Source: Dehalococcoidia bacterium (GTDB lineage Bacteria > Chloroflexota > Dehalococcoidia > Lucifugimonadales > Australimonadaceae). Taken from it: a stretch of 64,000 nucleotides of DNA. Of this stretch, positions 26,406-35,923 are shown one piece after another; position 1 is the stretch's first letter; the number at the start of each line of letters is the position of its first letter. The position numbers and the translations under genes are program-made. Location: the NCBI GenBank assembly GCA_965116255.1, contig OZ220670.1:1009467-1073466 (forward strand). Direction: 5' to 3'. The notes beneath the pieces were generated by a model, which worked only from the letters and a program-made list of their open reading frames with translations, made no database searches and had not been told where the DNA came from.

Positions 26406-28208
26406 CTAGCCGAGGGCGTCAGCCCTCGCCGTAGAGGCGAGTTGCTCTCTGCAGAGTTCTGCGTAGCGCCGATCCAACGCCACCAGTTCGGCGTGGGTTC
26501 CGTGTTCGACCACCCTTCCCTCTTCAATGTAGAGGATCACGTCCGCGGCGAGCACGGTCGATAGCCGATGCGCGACGACGATGGTGGTTCGCCCCTCAGT
26601 GAGCCTGGCTAACCCCATCTGTACCGCTCGCTCCGAGTGCGAATCGAGGGACGAGGTGGCCTCGTCGAGTATCAGGATGCGGGGGTCCTTGAGCAGCATC
26701 CGCGCAATGGCCAGCCGCTGCTTCTCGCCCCCCGAAAGGCGATATCCCCGCTCCCCGACCACGGTGTCGAACCCATTCGGCAGATTCTCAATCACATCCA
26801 GTACGGAGGCGGCGCGGCAGGCCTCGGCCATCTCGGCTTGAGTGGCGCTCGGGCGCGCGACGCGCAGGTTAGCACGCACCGTGTCGTGGAAGAGGAAAGT
26901 TTCCTGAGAGATGTAGCCGACCTGCCCTCGCAGCGATTTCAACGTAAGACCTCTAATGTCCACGCCGTCCAGGAGCACTCGTCCCTGCGTTGGGTCGTAT
27001 AGGCGTGGAATAAGGTAGGTGATGGTCGTCTTCCCTGCTCCGCTTGGGCCTACGAGGGCTGCCATCTGCCCTGGCTCGACCGTGAAGTCTAAGTTGTCCA
27101 GAGTCTTGCGGCCGGGCGTGTATTCCATCGCGACACCTTGGAAGGTAAGAGCGCCTGCGGGGTTCTCTATGGCCACGGCGTCGGGCGCATCCGCGATGTC
27201 AGGCTCGAGGTCCAGATACTCAAAGATGCGTTCGAAGTAGGCGGCCGACGTGACCACGTCCACATGCAGTGACATCAGGTCCGTGGCGGGGGTGTAGAGG
27301 CGGCTGAGGAGCGCAACGAAGGCCACGATGGTTCCGATGGTGAGCGAGCCGGAGATGACCTGCCCTCCACCGAACCAGTAGATGAGCGCCGGGCCGCCGG
27401 TTGTCACGATGAACAGCAGCATGAAGTACCAGCGGCCTACGAGCGCCTCGCGTACCTGAAGCTGCATCAGTCCCCAGTTCTCATGCTGGAATCGGTCCAA
27501 CACTTCCCGCTCTCGGGTAAAGGTCTTGATGAGCATGAGCCCGCTGATGCCCAGGCTTTCGGCCATCAGCGAGTTCACCGAGGCGCTCCGCTGCTGCCGC
27601 TCGCTGCGCAACCGGCGGCGCAGTCTCCCAACGGTCAGAGTTGGGAGGATGAGCCACGGCAACACCATCAATGAGACGACGGTTAACCGCCAATCAAGGG
27701 CAATCATCGCCACGAGGGTCGTCGTCAGGATCAGCACGTTCTGCGTAATGGTCACCAGCGTGCCGGAGATGACGGTGTCGATGCCGGCGATGTCGCTTGT
27801 GAGCCGCGACATGAGCTCGCCGGTCCGCGCCTCGGTGAAAAACCGCAAGGAAAGCGACTGTAGCCGCGTGAACATCTGCAGCTTGAGGTCGTACATGATT
27901 CGCTGGCTGACGACGGTGTTCAGGTAGCTCCGGAGCATGCCGACCAACCCCAGCACGACCGCCGCTCCAAACAAGCCCGCGGACAGCCAGAGCAGGAGCG
28001 GCCTGTCGGCGCCCGCGATTGCGGAGTCGATGACCCCCCGCACGAGAAGCGGCGGCGACAGTCCAACCAGGGCCGCGGCGGCGACAGTTGCGAGAATCAG
28101 AAGGAGCTTGAACCAGTAGGGCGCGAGAAACCCGGAAATACGCCGGACGTTTCCCTCCCCCAGGGCCGTTTCAGAGCTGATGTGAGCGATTCTGCCGTGA
28201 GAGCGCAT
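26406..28208 (-). CDS. ABC transporter, fused permease/ATP-binding exporter (MsbA-like)
   Basis: Six-TM N-terminal half, then Walker A GPSGAGKTT, signature LSGGEKQRLAIARM, Walker B ILILDEATSSLD. 600 aa. Confidence 0.9.
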   Translation of the reverse strand: MRSHGRIAHISSETALGEGNVRRISGFLAPYWFKLLLILATVAAAALVGLSPPLLVRGVIDSAIAGADRPLLLWLSAGLFGAAVVLGLVGMLRSYLNTVVSQRIMYDLKLQMFTRLQSLSLRFFTEARTGELMSRLTSDIAGIDTVISGTLVTITQNVLILTTTLVAMIALDWRLTVVSLMVLPWLILPTLTVGRLRRRLRSERQQRSASVNSLMAESLGISGLMLIKTFTREREVLDRFQHENWGLMQLQVREALVGRWYFMLLFIVTTGGPALIYWFGGGQVISGSLTIGTIVAFVALLSRLYTPATDLMSLHVDVVTSAAYFERIFEYLDLEPDIADAPDAVAIENPAGALTFQGVAMEYTPGRKTLDNLDFTVEPGQMAALVGPSGAGKTTITYLIPRLYDPTQGRVLLDGVDIRGLTLKSLRGQVGYISQETFLFHDTVRANLRVARPSATQAEMAEACRAASVLDVIENLPNGFDTVVGERGYRLSGGEKQRLAIARMLLKDPRILILDEATSSLDSHSERAVQMGLARLTEGRTTIVVAHRLSTVLAADVILYIEEGRVVEHGTHAELVALDRRYAELCREQLASTARADALG

Positions 28209-28661
28209 CGCCGCCAGTATACGTATCGCTGCCGATCTAGCTTCTCGTCTTGGTGCAGCCGCGCGAACCCACCCCGAGCCCTCCTAAGCGAGGAGATGGG
28301 CTGCAACTGTCCAACTGGCTGATGCTGACCACCAATGGTACGAGCAGGGTACGTCGGCCGAGGAAGGCTGCCAGGCGGCAGAATGGGCCGCTACCTGGAC
28401 GTCCGGGCGAGCAACGAAGCTGGAAGCCAGGCCGTCTGAGGGCTCCGTAGTTCCCGGGGCGGGACATGGCGTTGAGGATGGTGCGCAGGTTCGTGACCTG
28501 CCGCCCGTCTTTGCACCACCGATTGGGTTGGGTTGGCAAGACTTGGAACCAGAATCCGCAGGCAGCACCGCCTCAGATGCTGTGGCCACCGCCTAGAGGT
28601 GACAAGCCAGCTACAACTCGAAGACGGTTCCGTCTACCAAGAACGTTGGTGAGCCAAGTAG

Positions 28662-29087
28662 TCAGCAATCCTTGCGGCCAACACCATCCAGTTCAACAAC
28701 TAGCTCGACTGGTCTGTTACGTGCCACTATCAGGCGCAAGGCCTCTGAGTCGCTGGTGTTCAACGGCTGGTGAGCAGCTCCCGGCGGTATGTAGATCATA
28801 TCGCCCGGACCGATCTCCTTTTCGACGGACAGGTCATCCCCCGTCAACATTACACCCCGTCCAGAGATGACAACGATGGCTGTTTCGCAATTTGAGTGAT
28901 AGTGCGGCGACGAGCATCGGCCAGGCGGAATGACCGACTCGCCAAGGTGTATGCCGGTTGCGCCTGTCAGCGACTCAGACACTCCCGCGAGGCGCGTCAT
29001 CGCACCGGAGCGGATCTCGACCTCCCGCTCAGCTTCTCGAACGACCCTAATCTGGGCCTGCGGTACTTCGAGGTTCTCTTCCTGCAT
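28662..29087 (-). CDS. cupin-domain protein
   Basis: Cupin motifs: G(x)5HxH-like PHYHSNCETAIVVISG and …GDMIYIPPGAAHQ… 141 aa. Confidence 0.7.
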   Translation of the reverse strand: MQEENLEVPQAQIRVVREAEREVEIRSGAMTRLAGVSESLTGATGIHLGESVIPPGRCSSPHYHSNCETAIVVISGRGVMLTGDDLSVEKEIGPGDMIYIPPGAAHQPLNTSDSEALRLIVARNRPVELVVELDGVGRKDC

Positions 29088-29330
29088 GAGAGCGAGTATA
29101 GCCCAGGGGCACTACCTGCGTTGACCTGTGTCGATGCCGAGCGGAAGTGTTCGCTAGCATGCTCCCCTCGCCTGCCCCCAGTGGCTGTACCACTCGCTAT
29201 GTTGGGACCGACGAGGCCTAGACCGATCCCCCTCGTAGGTCCGATTGGCGCGGTAGCCGCCAGGGCGACCCGGTCGACATCAATGCCAGGGAAAACTCCT
29301 GTGAGCAGGTCATCCGTGCCTCCCGCGCAG

Positions 29331-29470
29331 CCGGCTCAAAGGGTCTCGGGAACCTGCATATGGAGCATTTCCGCCAGGACACAGGCATAGTGGACGCGAC
29401 AACTGCCAGGAAGCAGTCTATGAAGCAATGGAGGCCTGCAATGCGGCGATGGTGGGCTACTTTGGACGGT
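29331..29470. repeat. imperfect direct repeat, copy A (~135 nt, ~80% identical to 34448-34575); its end contains a degenerate copy of the tRNA-Val 3' terminus
   Basis: cggctcaaagggtctcgggaacctgcatatggagcatttccgccaggacacaggcatagtggacgcgacaactgccaggaagcagtctatgaagcaatggaggcctgcaatgcggcgatggtgggctac aligns with copy B over its whole length. Confidence 0.7.
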
Positions 29471-29729
29471 AGGCAGTACCGTCTTCGAAGTGTGGCTGGA
29501 TGGACAATAGAGCCTTAGAATTCGGCCGACGCCGCCGGCGTGCGGCCTATGGTCCCCATCGAGCTTCATGTCGGCTACAGAATGCCCATAGGCGCAACAG
29601 CTGGAGCCATAAGGCGCGGAGCGTGGCAGATACCGTCACTTCACGGCGCCCGAGCAGTTAGGGCTTAGTCCTGTGGACATTTGGCGATGGGCAGCGGCCC
29701 GCGGTGGAGGAGGTGCCTTCCAGAGGCCG

Positions 29730-31142
29730 TTACGCCGTTCGAGTCGCCGACCATGGTTTGCGAATGAGGCGAAAGTTCATGCTGCGCTCGATCTCTCGCC
29801 ATTTCTGCTCGTCTTCCGGGGTAACAAAGGTCACCGCCTCGCCTTGACGGCCCATGCGGCCGGTCCGCCCGACCCGGTGCGTGAACAGCTGCTTTGAGTC
29901 CGGCAGGTCGTAGTTGATGACCTGCCCAACGCCCTCGACGTCCAGGCCCCTGGCGGCCACATTCGTTGCCACCAGGATCGTCGCGACGCCGGAGCGGAAG
30001 TTCACCATGGCTCGCTCGCGCGCATTCTGGCTGAGGTTCCCTTGGAGCGCCTCGACCGGGTAGCCCAGCGCTGCGAGGTGCTTTGCCAGCTTCTTGACTC
30101 GGTGCTTGGTCTTGCCAAATACGATGATCGGGGCGCTGTCACGCTGGTCCAACAAGGTCTGGAGCGCCTTCAACTTGTCGTCCTGGGAGATGGTGTAGAC
30201 CAGGTGATTCACCGTGACCGGCGCCTGCACGCCAGCGTCCACTTCGACGTTCACGGGGTTGCGCAGGTGCCTTGCGGCAGTCCTCGCTACCCAGGAAGGC
30301 ATGGTTGCGGAGAAGAGCGCTGTCTGCCGACCGGAGGGCGACCGGCCCAGAATCGCCTCCACGTCGTGGGCAAAGCCCCTGTCGAGCATTTCGTCAGCCT
30401 CATCCAGCACGAAGAAGCGCACGAAGCTCAGGTCGAGCGTGCCCTGGCGCAGGTGGTCCAGTGTGCGGCCCGGGGTCCCGATGACGATCTGAGTCCCGCT
30501 CCGCAGCGATGAGGATTCGGGCCCCAACGACCGGCCGCCGTACAGCAGCGTTGCCGACAGCCGGTGGGCGGAAGCCAGGGCCTCGGTGACCCCGGCCACC
30601 TGGATGGCCAGCTCGCGAGTGGGAGTGAGCACAAGCGCTTGTACCTGGCGGACGGACGGGTCGCACTGCTCTGTCAGCGGTACGGCAAAGGCTAAAGTCT
30701 TTCCAGACCCGGTGCGAGCCTGACCAATCAAGTCACGGCCTGCCAGAAGGTGGGGGATGGACTTTTCCTGAATGAGCGTAGGCTCAGATATCTTCATTCG
30801 GGCGATAGCCGCTCTGGAGGCGGGCTTCAAGACCATTCTGGGAAACACATAGTCGATTGCGGGAACGTTGCTGGCCGGAGGCATCATTGGGGCAGCCAGG
30901 GGTGCCTCGGCGACAGCGGGCTTGCCTGCCTGGGCATTGATGGTGTCGGATAGGCCTTTGCGGCGAGACCTGAAGCAGGGCCCGCAGTACGCCGGCCTGC
31001 GCTGGCTTGGCTGAAAGGGGACGGTTGCAGTTTCGCCGCAGGCATTGCACGCAGCCTGGTAGCGCTGCGTACCACTGGGATGGATGCGGTTGGGCTGCGA
31101 GCGGCGCAAGCGGGGTGGGTTGGGTGGCTGACGGCGAGTCAT
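29730..31142 (-). CDS. DEAD-box ATP-dependent RNA helicase with an N-terminal CxxC…CxxC zinc-ribbon-like extension
   Basis: Q motif (TLIQEKSIP), motif I AQTGSGKT, DEAD (VLDEADEM), SAT, HRxGRxGR (HRVGRTGR). The ~110-aa N-terminal extension carries ACNACGETATVPFQPSQRRPAYCGPCF. GC3 is visibly lower than in neighbouring core genes. Confidence 0.88.
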   Translation of the reverse strand: MTRRQPPNPPRLRRSQPNRIHPSGTQRYQAACNACGETATVPFQPSQRRPAYCGPCFRSRRKGLSDTINAQAGKPAVAEAPLAAPMMPPASNVPAIDYVFPRMVLKPASRAAIARMKISEPTLIQEKSIPHLLAGRDLIGQARTGSGKTLAFAVPLTEQCDPSVRQVQALVLTPTRELAIQVAGVTEALASAHRLSATLLYGGRSLGPESSSLRSGTQIVIGTPGRTLDHLRQGTLDLSFVRFFVLDEADEMLDRGFAHDVEAILGRSPSGRQTALFSATMPSWVARTAARHLRNPVNVEVDAGVQAPVTVNHLVYTISQDDKLKALQTLLDQRDSAPIIVFGKTKHRVKKLAKHLAALGYPVEALQGNLSQNARERAMVNFRSGVATILVATNVAARGLDVEGVGQVINYDLPDSKQLFTHRVGRTGRMGRQGEAVTFVTPEDEQKWREIERSMNFRLIRKPWSATRTA

Positions 31143-31565
31143 TGGGCTTTCAACTGACAGAGGAGCGGAAATTGCTTCAATTCAAGGTGACTGCAAAACC
31201 ATGTAGCGAGCGCAACGGAAAACCGGAAAGTGGGGCTAACTGTTGTGGACCGCTGCTTGAAATGCAAGCACGCCAATCGGCTTCATTGCATACAGCATAG
31301 CAGGTCAAGCTTGTTGGCCCATGCCGCATTCGACGTTCGCGAATGCGCACCGCTCCGGTGAGAGAGTTCGTGCTGACCTGCGCACATCGTTTGGACCACG
31401 CGTTATGTTAGGCCGGCAAGAATTGCACCCTTAATGGATAGACCTGCGATTGGGGTGGCCTTGCAGGACCTGACTATAGTGCTACCCTTGCGTTTGGTGC
31501 CCTTTGAGTCTGGAGGCTCCCCAATTTGGGAATTGTCAGCTAAAGAGCCCTAGGGAGGTTCCCAA

Positions 31566-32435
31566 ATGGTCTGGGGAGTAAACGTCGTAAAACAGTATGA
31601 GCGGCTAATCGTCTTCACGTTCGGGCAGTACTCGGGCGTTCGCGGCCCGGGACTGCGCTGGCTGTGGCCGTTCATCAACAACGGCTCAAAGACAGCGGAC
31701 CTGCGCGAGGTGCCCGTCGCCATCCCGCGTCAGACGAGCATTACGCGTGACAACGCACCCATCGACATCGACTTCTTCGTCTACATGCGCGTGCTGGAGG
31801 ACAGGCCGGAGGATACGGTACTGCAGGTGAGCAACTTCGAGGCCGCGGCACAGGCGCTCGCCATGACCAGCCTGCGCGCCGTCATCGGCGAGATGGAGAT
31901 CGACGAGGTGCTCTCCAAGCGCGAGGAGATCAACTCGCGTCTGCAGGTGAAGCTGGACGAGGTAACGGTGAACTGGGGCGTGAAGGTCACGCGCGTGGAG
32001 ATACGCGAGGTCGAGCCGCCACGCGACGTGCAGGACGCGATGAACCGCCAGCTGTCGGCAGAGCGCACACGGCGCGCAGCCGTCACCGAAGCGGAGGGAG
32101 AGCGCGATGCGGAGGTGAATCGTGCCGACGGCGAGAAGCGCGGCGCGATCTTGCGCGCAGAAGGCGCGCGCGAGTCGGCCATCCTCACTGCAGAGGGCGA
32201 CCGTCAGGCGACGATACTGCGCGCGGAGGGGTTCGCGCAGGCGCTCGAGCGCATCAACGCCGCCGCGAGCCAGGCCGACTCGCGCACGATGAGCCTGCAG
32301 TACATGGAGACGATGAAGGACATCGGCGCAAGTCCGTCGACCAAGTACATCTTCCCCATGGAGTTCACGAACCTGCTCGACCCCATCACCCGAATGACGC
32401 GCGGCGAGCGCCCGGACGGCGGGGAAGGGAAGTAG
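31566..32435 (+). CDS. SPFH/band-7 (stomatin/prohibitin-like) domain protein
   Basis: SPFH core (…PRQTSITRDNAPIDIDFFVYMRV…) followed by a long Ala/Glu/Arg-rich coiled-coil tail. No obvious N-terminal TM segment in the called ORF. Confidence 0.8.
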   Translation: MVWGVNVVKQYERLIVFTFGQYSGVRGPGLRWLWPFINNGSKTADLREVPVAIPRQTSITRDNAPIDIDFFVYMRVLEDRPEDTVLQVSNFEAAAQALAMTSLRAVIGEMEIDEVLSKREEINSRLQVKLDEVTVNWGVKVTRVEIREVEPPRDVQDAMNRQLSAERTRRAAVTEAEGERDAEVNRADGEKRGAILRAEGARESAILTAEGDRQATILRAEGFAQALERINAAASQADSRTMSLQYMETMKDIGASPSTKYIFPMEFTNLLDPITRMTRGERPDGGEGK

Positions 32436-32871
32436 CCCGGGCTAGTTCCCGACGGCGTTCAAGTGCCGCTCGTACGCGAATACGCGCGCGGGCATGACCG
32501 GTGATTTCGCGGGCGATGCCGTACTGCTCCAGCACCATCATCACCGACGAAACGGCGGGGAATGAGAGCCCCGTTCGCTTGCTCGCCTCGGTGATCGAGA
32601 GAATCGGGCACTCCTTCAGCGCCTCGTGCAGCCTGAGGGTGGATGCCGCACGGCGCCCTGCGTCGCGCTCGATGGTCGCGCCGTCATCCGCGAACACTTC
32701 TGACAGCCGCCGCGACGCCTCCGTTGCGTGCTCAGCCGTCTCACGCACGCCATCGACGAAGTAGGCCAGCCATGCCTCCCAATCGCCCGAGCCATGCGCC
32801 GCGTTCAGCAGGTCGTAGTAGTCGCCACGGCGCCGCAGGAAGTAGCAGGCAAGAGTATCAACGCCAGCGGC
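32386..32871 (-). pseudogene. Fic/Doc-family protein, C-terminal fragment only (5'-truncated)
   Basis: The reading frame is open from 32871 and encodes …YYDLLNAAHGSGDWEAWLAYFVDGVRETAEHA…SITEASKRTGLSFPAVSSVMMVLEQYGIAREITGHARARI…, the Fic C-terminal helical and winged-HTH region. There is no start codon before 32748, and no HPFx[DE]GNGR Fic motif upstream. Confidence 0.6.
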
Positions 32872-32911
32872 CTAGGCGCTGAGCGGACCGGGGAGTGGCC
32901 ACCGGCTCACC

Positions 32912-33241
32912 CTAAGAGGAGTTGCGTTTCATCTGGGAGGAGGCCCCGGGCCTGTAGGAGCCTGGCACGAGCTCAACATCCTCCAGCCGCATCACGGCCC
33001 GAAGGGGAGTCTTCTCGAGGAATATCTTCAGCCATGCGGTGGCGTAGACGGTCAGGGGGTCGCCTGGCTTTTGCAGAGGCCCGGCAATCCGCAAGGTGTT
33101 TTCTGTAGGATCCTTGCGCGTGGCATCCCTAACCTCGACCGCATAGATACCGCCATCACGACCCTGGACCGTGCCGTAGTTGCGCATTTTGCTGTGGCCC
33201 CACCGTAGAAAGGTCATCCCTAACCTTTCTGGGGGAAGCAT
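32912..33241 (-). CDS. hypothetical protein
   Basis: 109-aa ORF immediately 5' of the Fic fragment on the same strand, with an AT-richer upstream region. No recognisable motif. Confidence 0.3.
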   Translation of the reverse strand: MLPPERLGMTFLRWGHSKMRNYGTVQGRDGGIYAVEVRDATRKDPTENTLRIAGPLQKPGDPLTVYATAWLKIFLEKTPLRAVMRLEDVELVPGSYRPGASSQMKRNSS

Positions 33242-33649
33242 ACACTTTCTCAGTCAAGGCTAAGCAAAGAAGCGAAGGTGGCAGGCAAGGCGGAACAACA
33301 TGTGCCCACTTGGAGCGCACTAGGGCTACGGCTGTCACAACGGTGGAGGTGGGCTAGTACGCATTGCGCGCCATGCCTGGTCATACACATCGGGAATGCC
33401 AGCGCCAGGCGAATGTGGGAATCTACCCGCTGTGTCACCGAGCTCCATACGTATGGGATGGGAGCCGCCGCACGGGTATCGTGCGGCGGCAGGGGATGAG
33501 GCAGCCTCTATGATATGAACTGACAGTGGGCAGTGTCCCAGTTTGGCGTGGGGGCTATGTCCTTGACAACCTGCCAGACAACGATCTCGTCGTGTGGTAT
33601 GGGGACAGCGGTGTTAGGCTTCGAGCCATCACCGAGAAGGCAGGTGTAT

Positions 33650-33904
33650 ATGGTCAAGGATGTAGACGGTAGTATCGATATCTCCATCAAGCCTACAGGG
33701 GAACGAGACAGGTGGTACGTCAACGTCTCCGGCATAGGGTCGGAGCAGCCCGGTACAAGGACTATAGCCATCCTAGATGATGTAGCGCTTATCGTACTTG
33801 CCGAGAGTGTGCTGGATGGAATAACCGACCGCATAGACGTTGAGTCCCACAGCCGAGGGATGCAGATGCTAGAGATGTTGCGTCTGGAGGTCGCGGGGAG
33901 TTAG
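33650..33904 (+). CDS. hypothetical small protein
   Basis: MVKDVDGSIDISIKPTGERDRWYVNVSGIG… is protein-like and preceded by a purine-rich stretch. No homology recognised. Confidence 0.3.
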   Translation: MVKDVDGSIDISIKPTGERDRWYVNVSGIGSEQPGTRTIAILDDVALIVLAESVLDGITDRIDVESHSRGMQMLEMLRLEVAGS

Positions 33905-34447
33905 CTGGACTGACCTGCCACCATTCAGTGTGCCAGATCAGTCACGACTTGGGCAGCGCCATGGTAGGGCAAAGTAGCGGTCGCCGCTGTTTCTCTCGTC
34001 GTCTTTGGCCATCCCAGGGGAAAATCCCCCATCACGTTGACAGGGTTGTCGAATGGCTCCAATGACTTGCCTCCAGCGTCCATAACGCCGTTATGTTGGC
34101 TTGGCAAGACCCGTGGCCATCAGCAAGCCTTCTGGCGGCGGGACCGGCGCCATCCTCTCCATCGCCACGGCCTCGGTGGAGACGGCCATCGCCGCCAGCG
34201 ACGCGCCGTCATGATGGCGGCCAGCCATGCAGACGGGGATGTCCTGGTATGCGGGGTTGTCCCTGGAAGGACGACTGCATCGAAGCGACCCGCCCCCGCG
34301 CCCACATCTCTCGTTGCCTTGGACTGACAAGACTCGGACCGCTTCCCATCTTGGGTTCAATTGGCATGTGAACTGCCAAGGCCTTTCGGCCGGTAACACC
34401 ACCATGGCTGACCCTTGGGAGCGGGTCATTCGCGCCTACCCTGCATT

Positions 34448-34575
34448 CGGCTCAAGAGGTTTCGAGGACCTGTACCTCGAGCATTTCCGCAGGCACAGGC
34501 ATGGTGGACTCGAACTGCCGGGAAGCAGTCTATCAAGCCATGGAGGCTTCAGATTTGGGGCTGGTGGGCGGTACT
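34448..34575. repeat. imperfect direct repeat, copy B; its end overlaps the 3' 14 nt of tRNA-Val
   Basis: cggctcaagaggtttcgaggacctgtacctcgagcatttccgcaggcacaggcatggtggactcgaactgccgggaagcagtctatcaagccatggaggcttcagatttggggctggtgggcggtac. The last 14 nt are the reverse complement of the tRNA 3' end (GTACCGCCCACCAG). Confidence 0.7.
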
Positions 34576-34638
34576 GGACTCGAACCAGTGACCTCCGCGA
34601 TGTCAACGCGACGCTCTAACCAGCTGAGCTAACCGCCC
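34562..34638 (-). tRNA. tRNA-Val (anticodon GAC), CCA encoded
   Basis: The minus-strand sequence GGGCGGTTAGCTCAGCTGGTTAGAGCGTCGCGTTGACATCGCGGAGGTCACTGGTTCGAGTCCAGTACCGCCCACCA folds as a cloverleaf: 7-bp acceptor stem, D arm GCTC/GAGC, anticodon loop TTGACAT, T arm ACTGG-TTCGAGT-CCAGT. Confidence 0.9.
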
Positions 34639-34783
34639 AAGGACACTTCGAGTATATGCAGCCTCCACGCCGCATTCAACCGCCCGCGCCCCGTTTGTCA
34701 CGCCGCACGGCCCCATGTAGAATCGCCCGCGCTTACGGCCATCGCGATCGCGCAGCCGGGGGCGTGTGATAGGGAGGTGGAGC

Positions 34784-34981
34784 ATGGAAGGCGCGCTGCC
34801 GGAGTGCCGGGCGTGTGACGACGGGGACTTGGTGCCACTCTCCGATTTCGGGAGCCAGGGGGCGCCCATCCACTACAAGGCGTGGGTCTGCACCAACCCC
34901 GACTGCGGCTTCAACCTCAAGATACGCAACGGCGACGTCACGATGAATGAGCCCATCGGCGACGGCAATCGCATCCGCTAG
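34784..34981 (+). CDS. small zinc-ribbon protein
   Basis: MEGALPECRACDDG…CTNPDCGF has two CxxC pairs. A GGAGGTG RBS lies 5 nt upstream of the ATG. Confidence 0.55.
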   Translation: MEGALPECRACDDGDLVPLSDFGSQGAPIHYKAWVCTNPDCGFNLKIRNGDVTMNEPIGDGNRIR

Positions 34982-34990
34982 ATTCCCCAC

Positions 34991-35806
34991 TTACGACACC
35001 ACGGTGCTGGGCAACTGCGACGGAGGCGTATCGCGCACCCCGACGAGGAGTGCCGTGACGAGCAAGCGATGGTCGTAGCGCCCGCGCGGCTGGCACGTCA
35101 CAAGCGTAATGCGCGCCTCGCCTGCCTGGTAGAGGCGCAGGTCGTCGCCGTGCAGCAAATTGGTCTCCGTCACGCGATACAGGTACTGCGACTCGCTGCT
35201 CTGCAGCACCACGTAGATATCCTCGCCGTCGCGCAACAGGTCGGGCACGATAGGCAGACGGCGAAAGACGTTGCCCTCGCCCTGCAGCGGGCTCTCCAGA
35301 TGGCCGAAGTACCACCCGTTTCCGTGCGACCCCGCATTCGGCGTGCCCGGGATGTGTCCGACGACCGAGCGGGGCGTCTCGTAGGCGCGACTATCGCCCA
35401 GGTCCACGATCTCCAGGTTCTCGACGATAGCGTCGATGCCGAGCGCTGGGATGATGATGCGGTCGGCCAGGCTTGCCTCACCGTGGAACGACGGCTGCCC
35501 GACCGCCTCGAGCGCCGTGAAGCCCTCGAGCCACGGCCCTTGGCCGAGGTCGAGCGTGCCGCGCGGGTCGGCCCATTGCCGATACGGCGTCACGATACCC
35601 GGGTACAACGATTCGCCGCCGGCGTCCACGAGTCGCGGCGGGTCCCCGCCGGTCACCACGAGCTTGTCGAGGTCGCGAGCGCCGAAAGCGGTATAGGCAT
35701 AGAAGGCGCCAGCGGCCAGCAAGCACGCCGCGCCAACGCCGAGCAGCGCGAGCCCAAGCCGCGTCCGCAGCCCGCCGTCCAGCACTCCACTCAGCCGCAA
35801 ATCCAC
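34991..35806 (-). CDS. sortase-family transpeptidase
   Basis: Catalytic TLxTC motif (ITLVTCQP), conserved His (…GNGWYFGHLES…), and an N-terminal TM anchor (LGLALLGVGAACLLAAGAFYAY). The start is uncertain: the supplied ORF extends to 36061, but that part is antisense to the nitroreductase gene, so a GTG at 35806 is used. Confidence 0.7.
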   Translation of the reverse strand: MDLRLSGVLDGGLRTRLGLALLGVGAACLLAAGAFYAYTAFGARDLDKLVVTGGDPPRLVDAGGESLYPGIVTPYRQWADPRGTLDLGQGPWLEGFTALEAVGQPSFHGEASLADRIIIPALGIDAIVENLEIVDLGDSRAYETPRSVVGHIPGTPNAGSHGNGWYFGHLESPLQGEGNVFRRLPIVPDLLRDGEDIYVVLQSSESQYLYRVTETNLLHGDDLRLYQAGEARITLVTCQPRGRYDHRLLVTALLVGVRDTPPSQLPSTVVS

Positions 35807-35923
35807 CTCGCCTGCGCAATTCCCGCCAGCGCTCAGAATAGCAGGTGGGGGCACCAGCAACAGGGCGAAGCATGCATCGCCCGCCCCGAGCAGCGGCGCC
35901 CGGTTTTGCCGATAATAGGGGGC

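Noticed and set aside
34448-34561. Repeat copy B interpreted as a second, tandem tRNA gene or tRNA pseudogene
   Set aside because: It contains a TTCGAGTCC-like T-loop fragment, but the sequence cannot be folded into a cloverleaf (no complementary acceptor or T stems). Treated as a repeat with tRNA-like debris instead.
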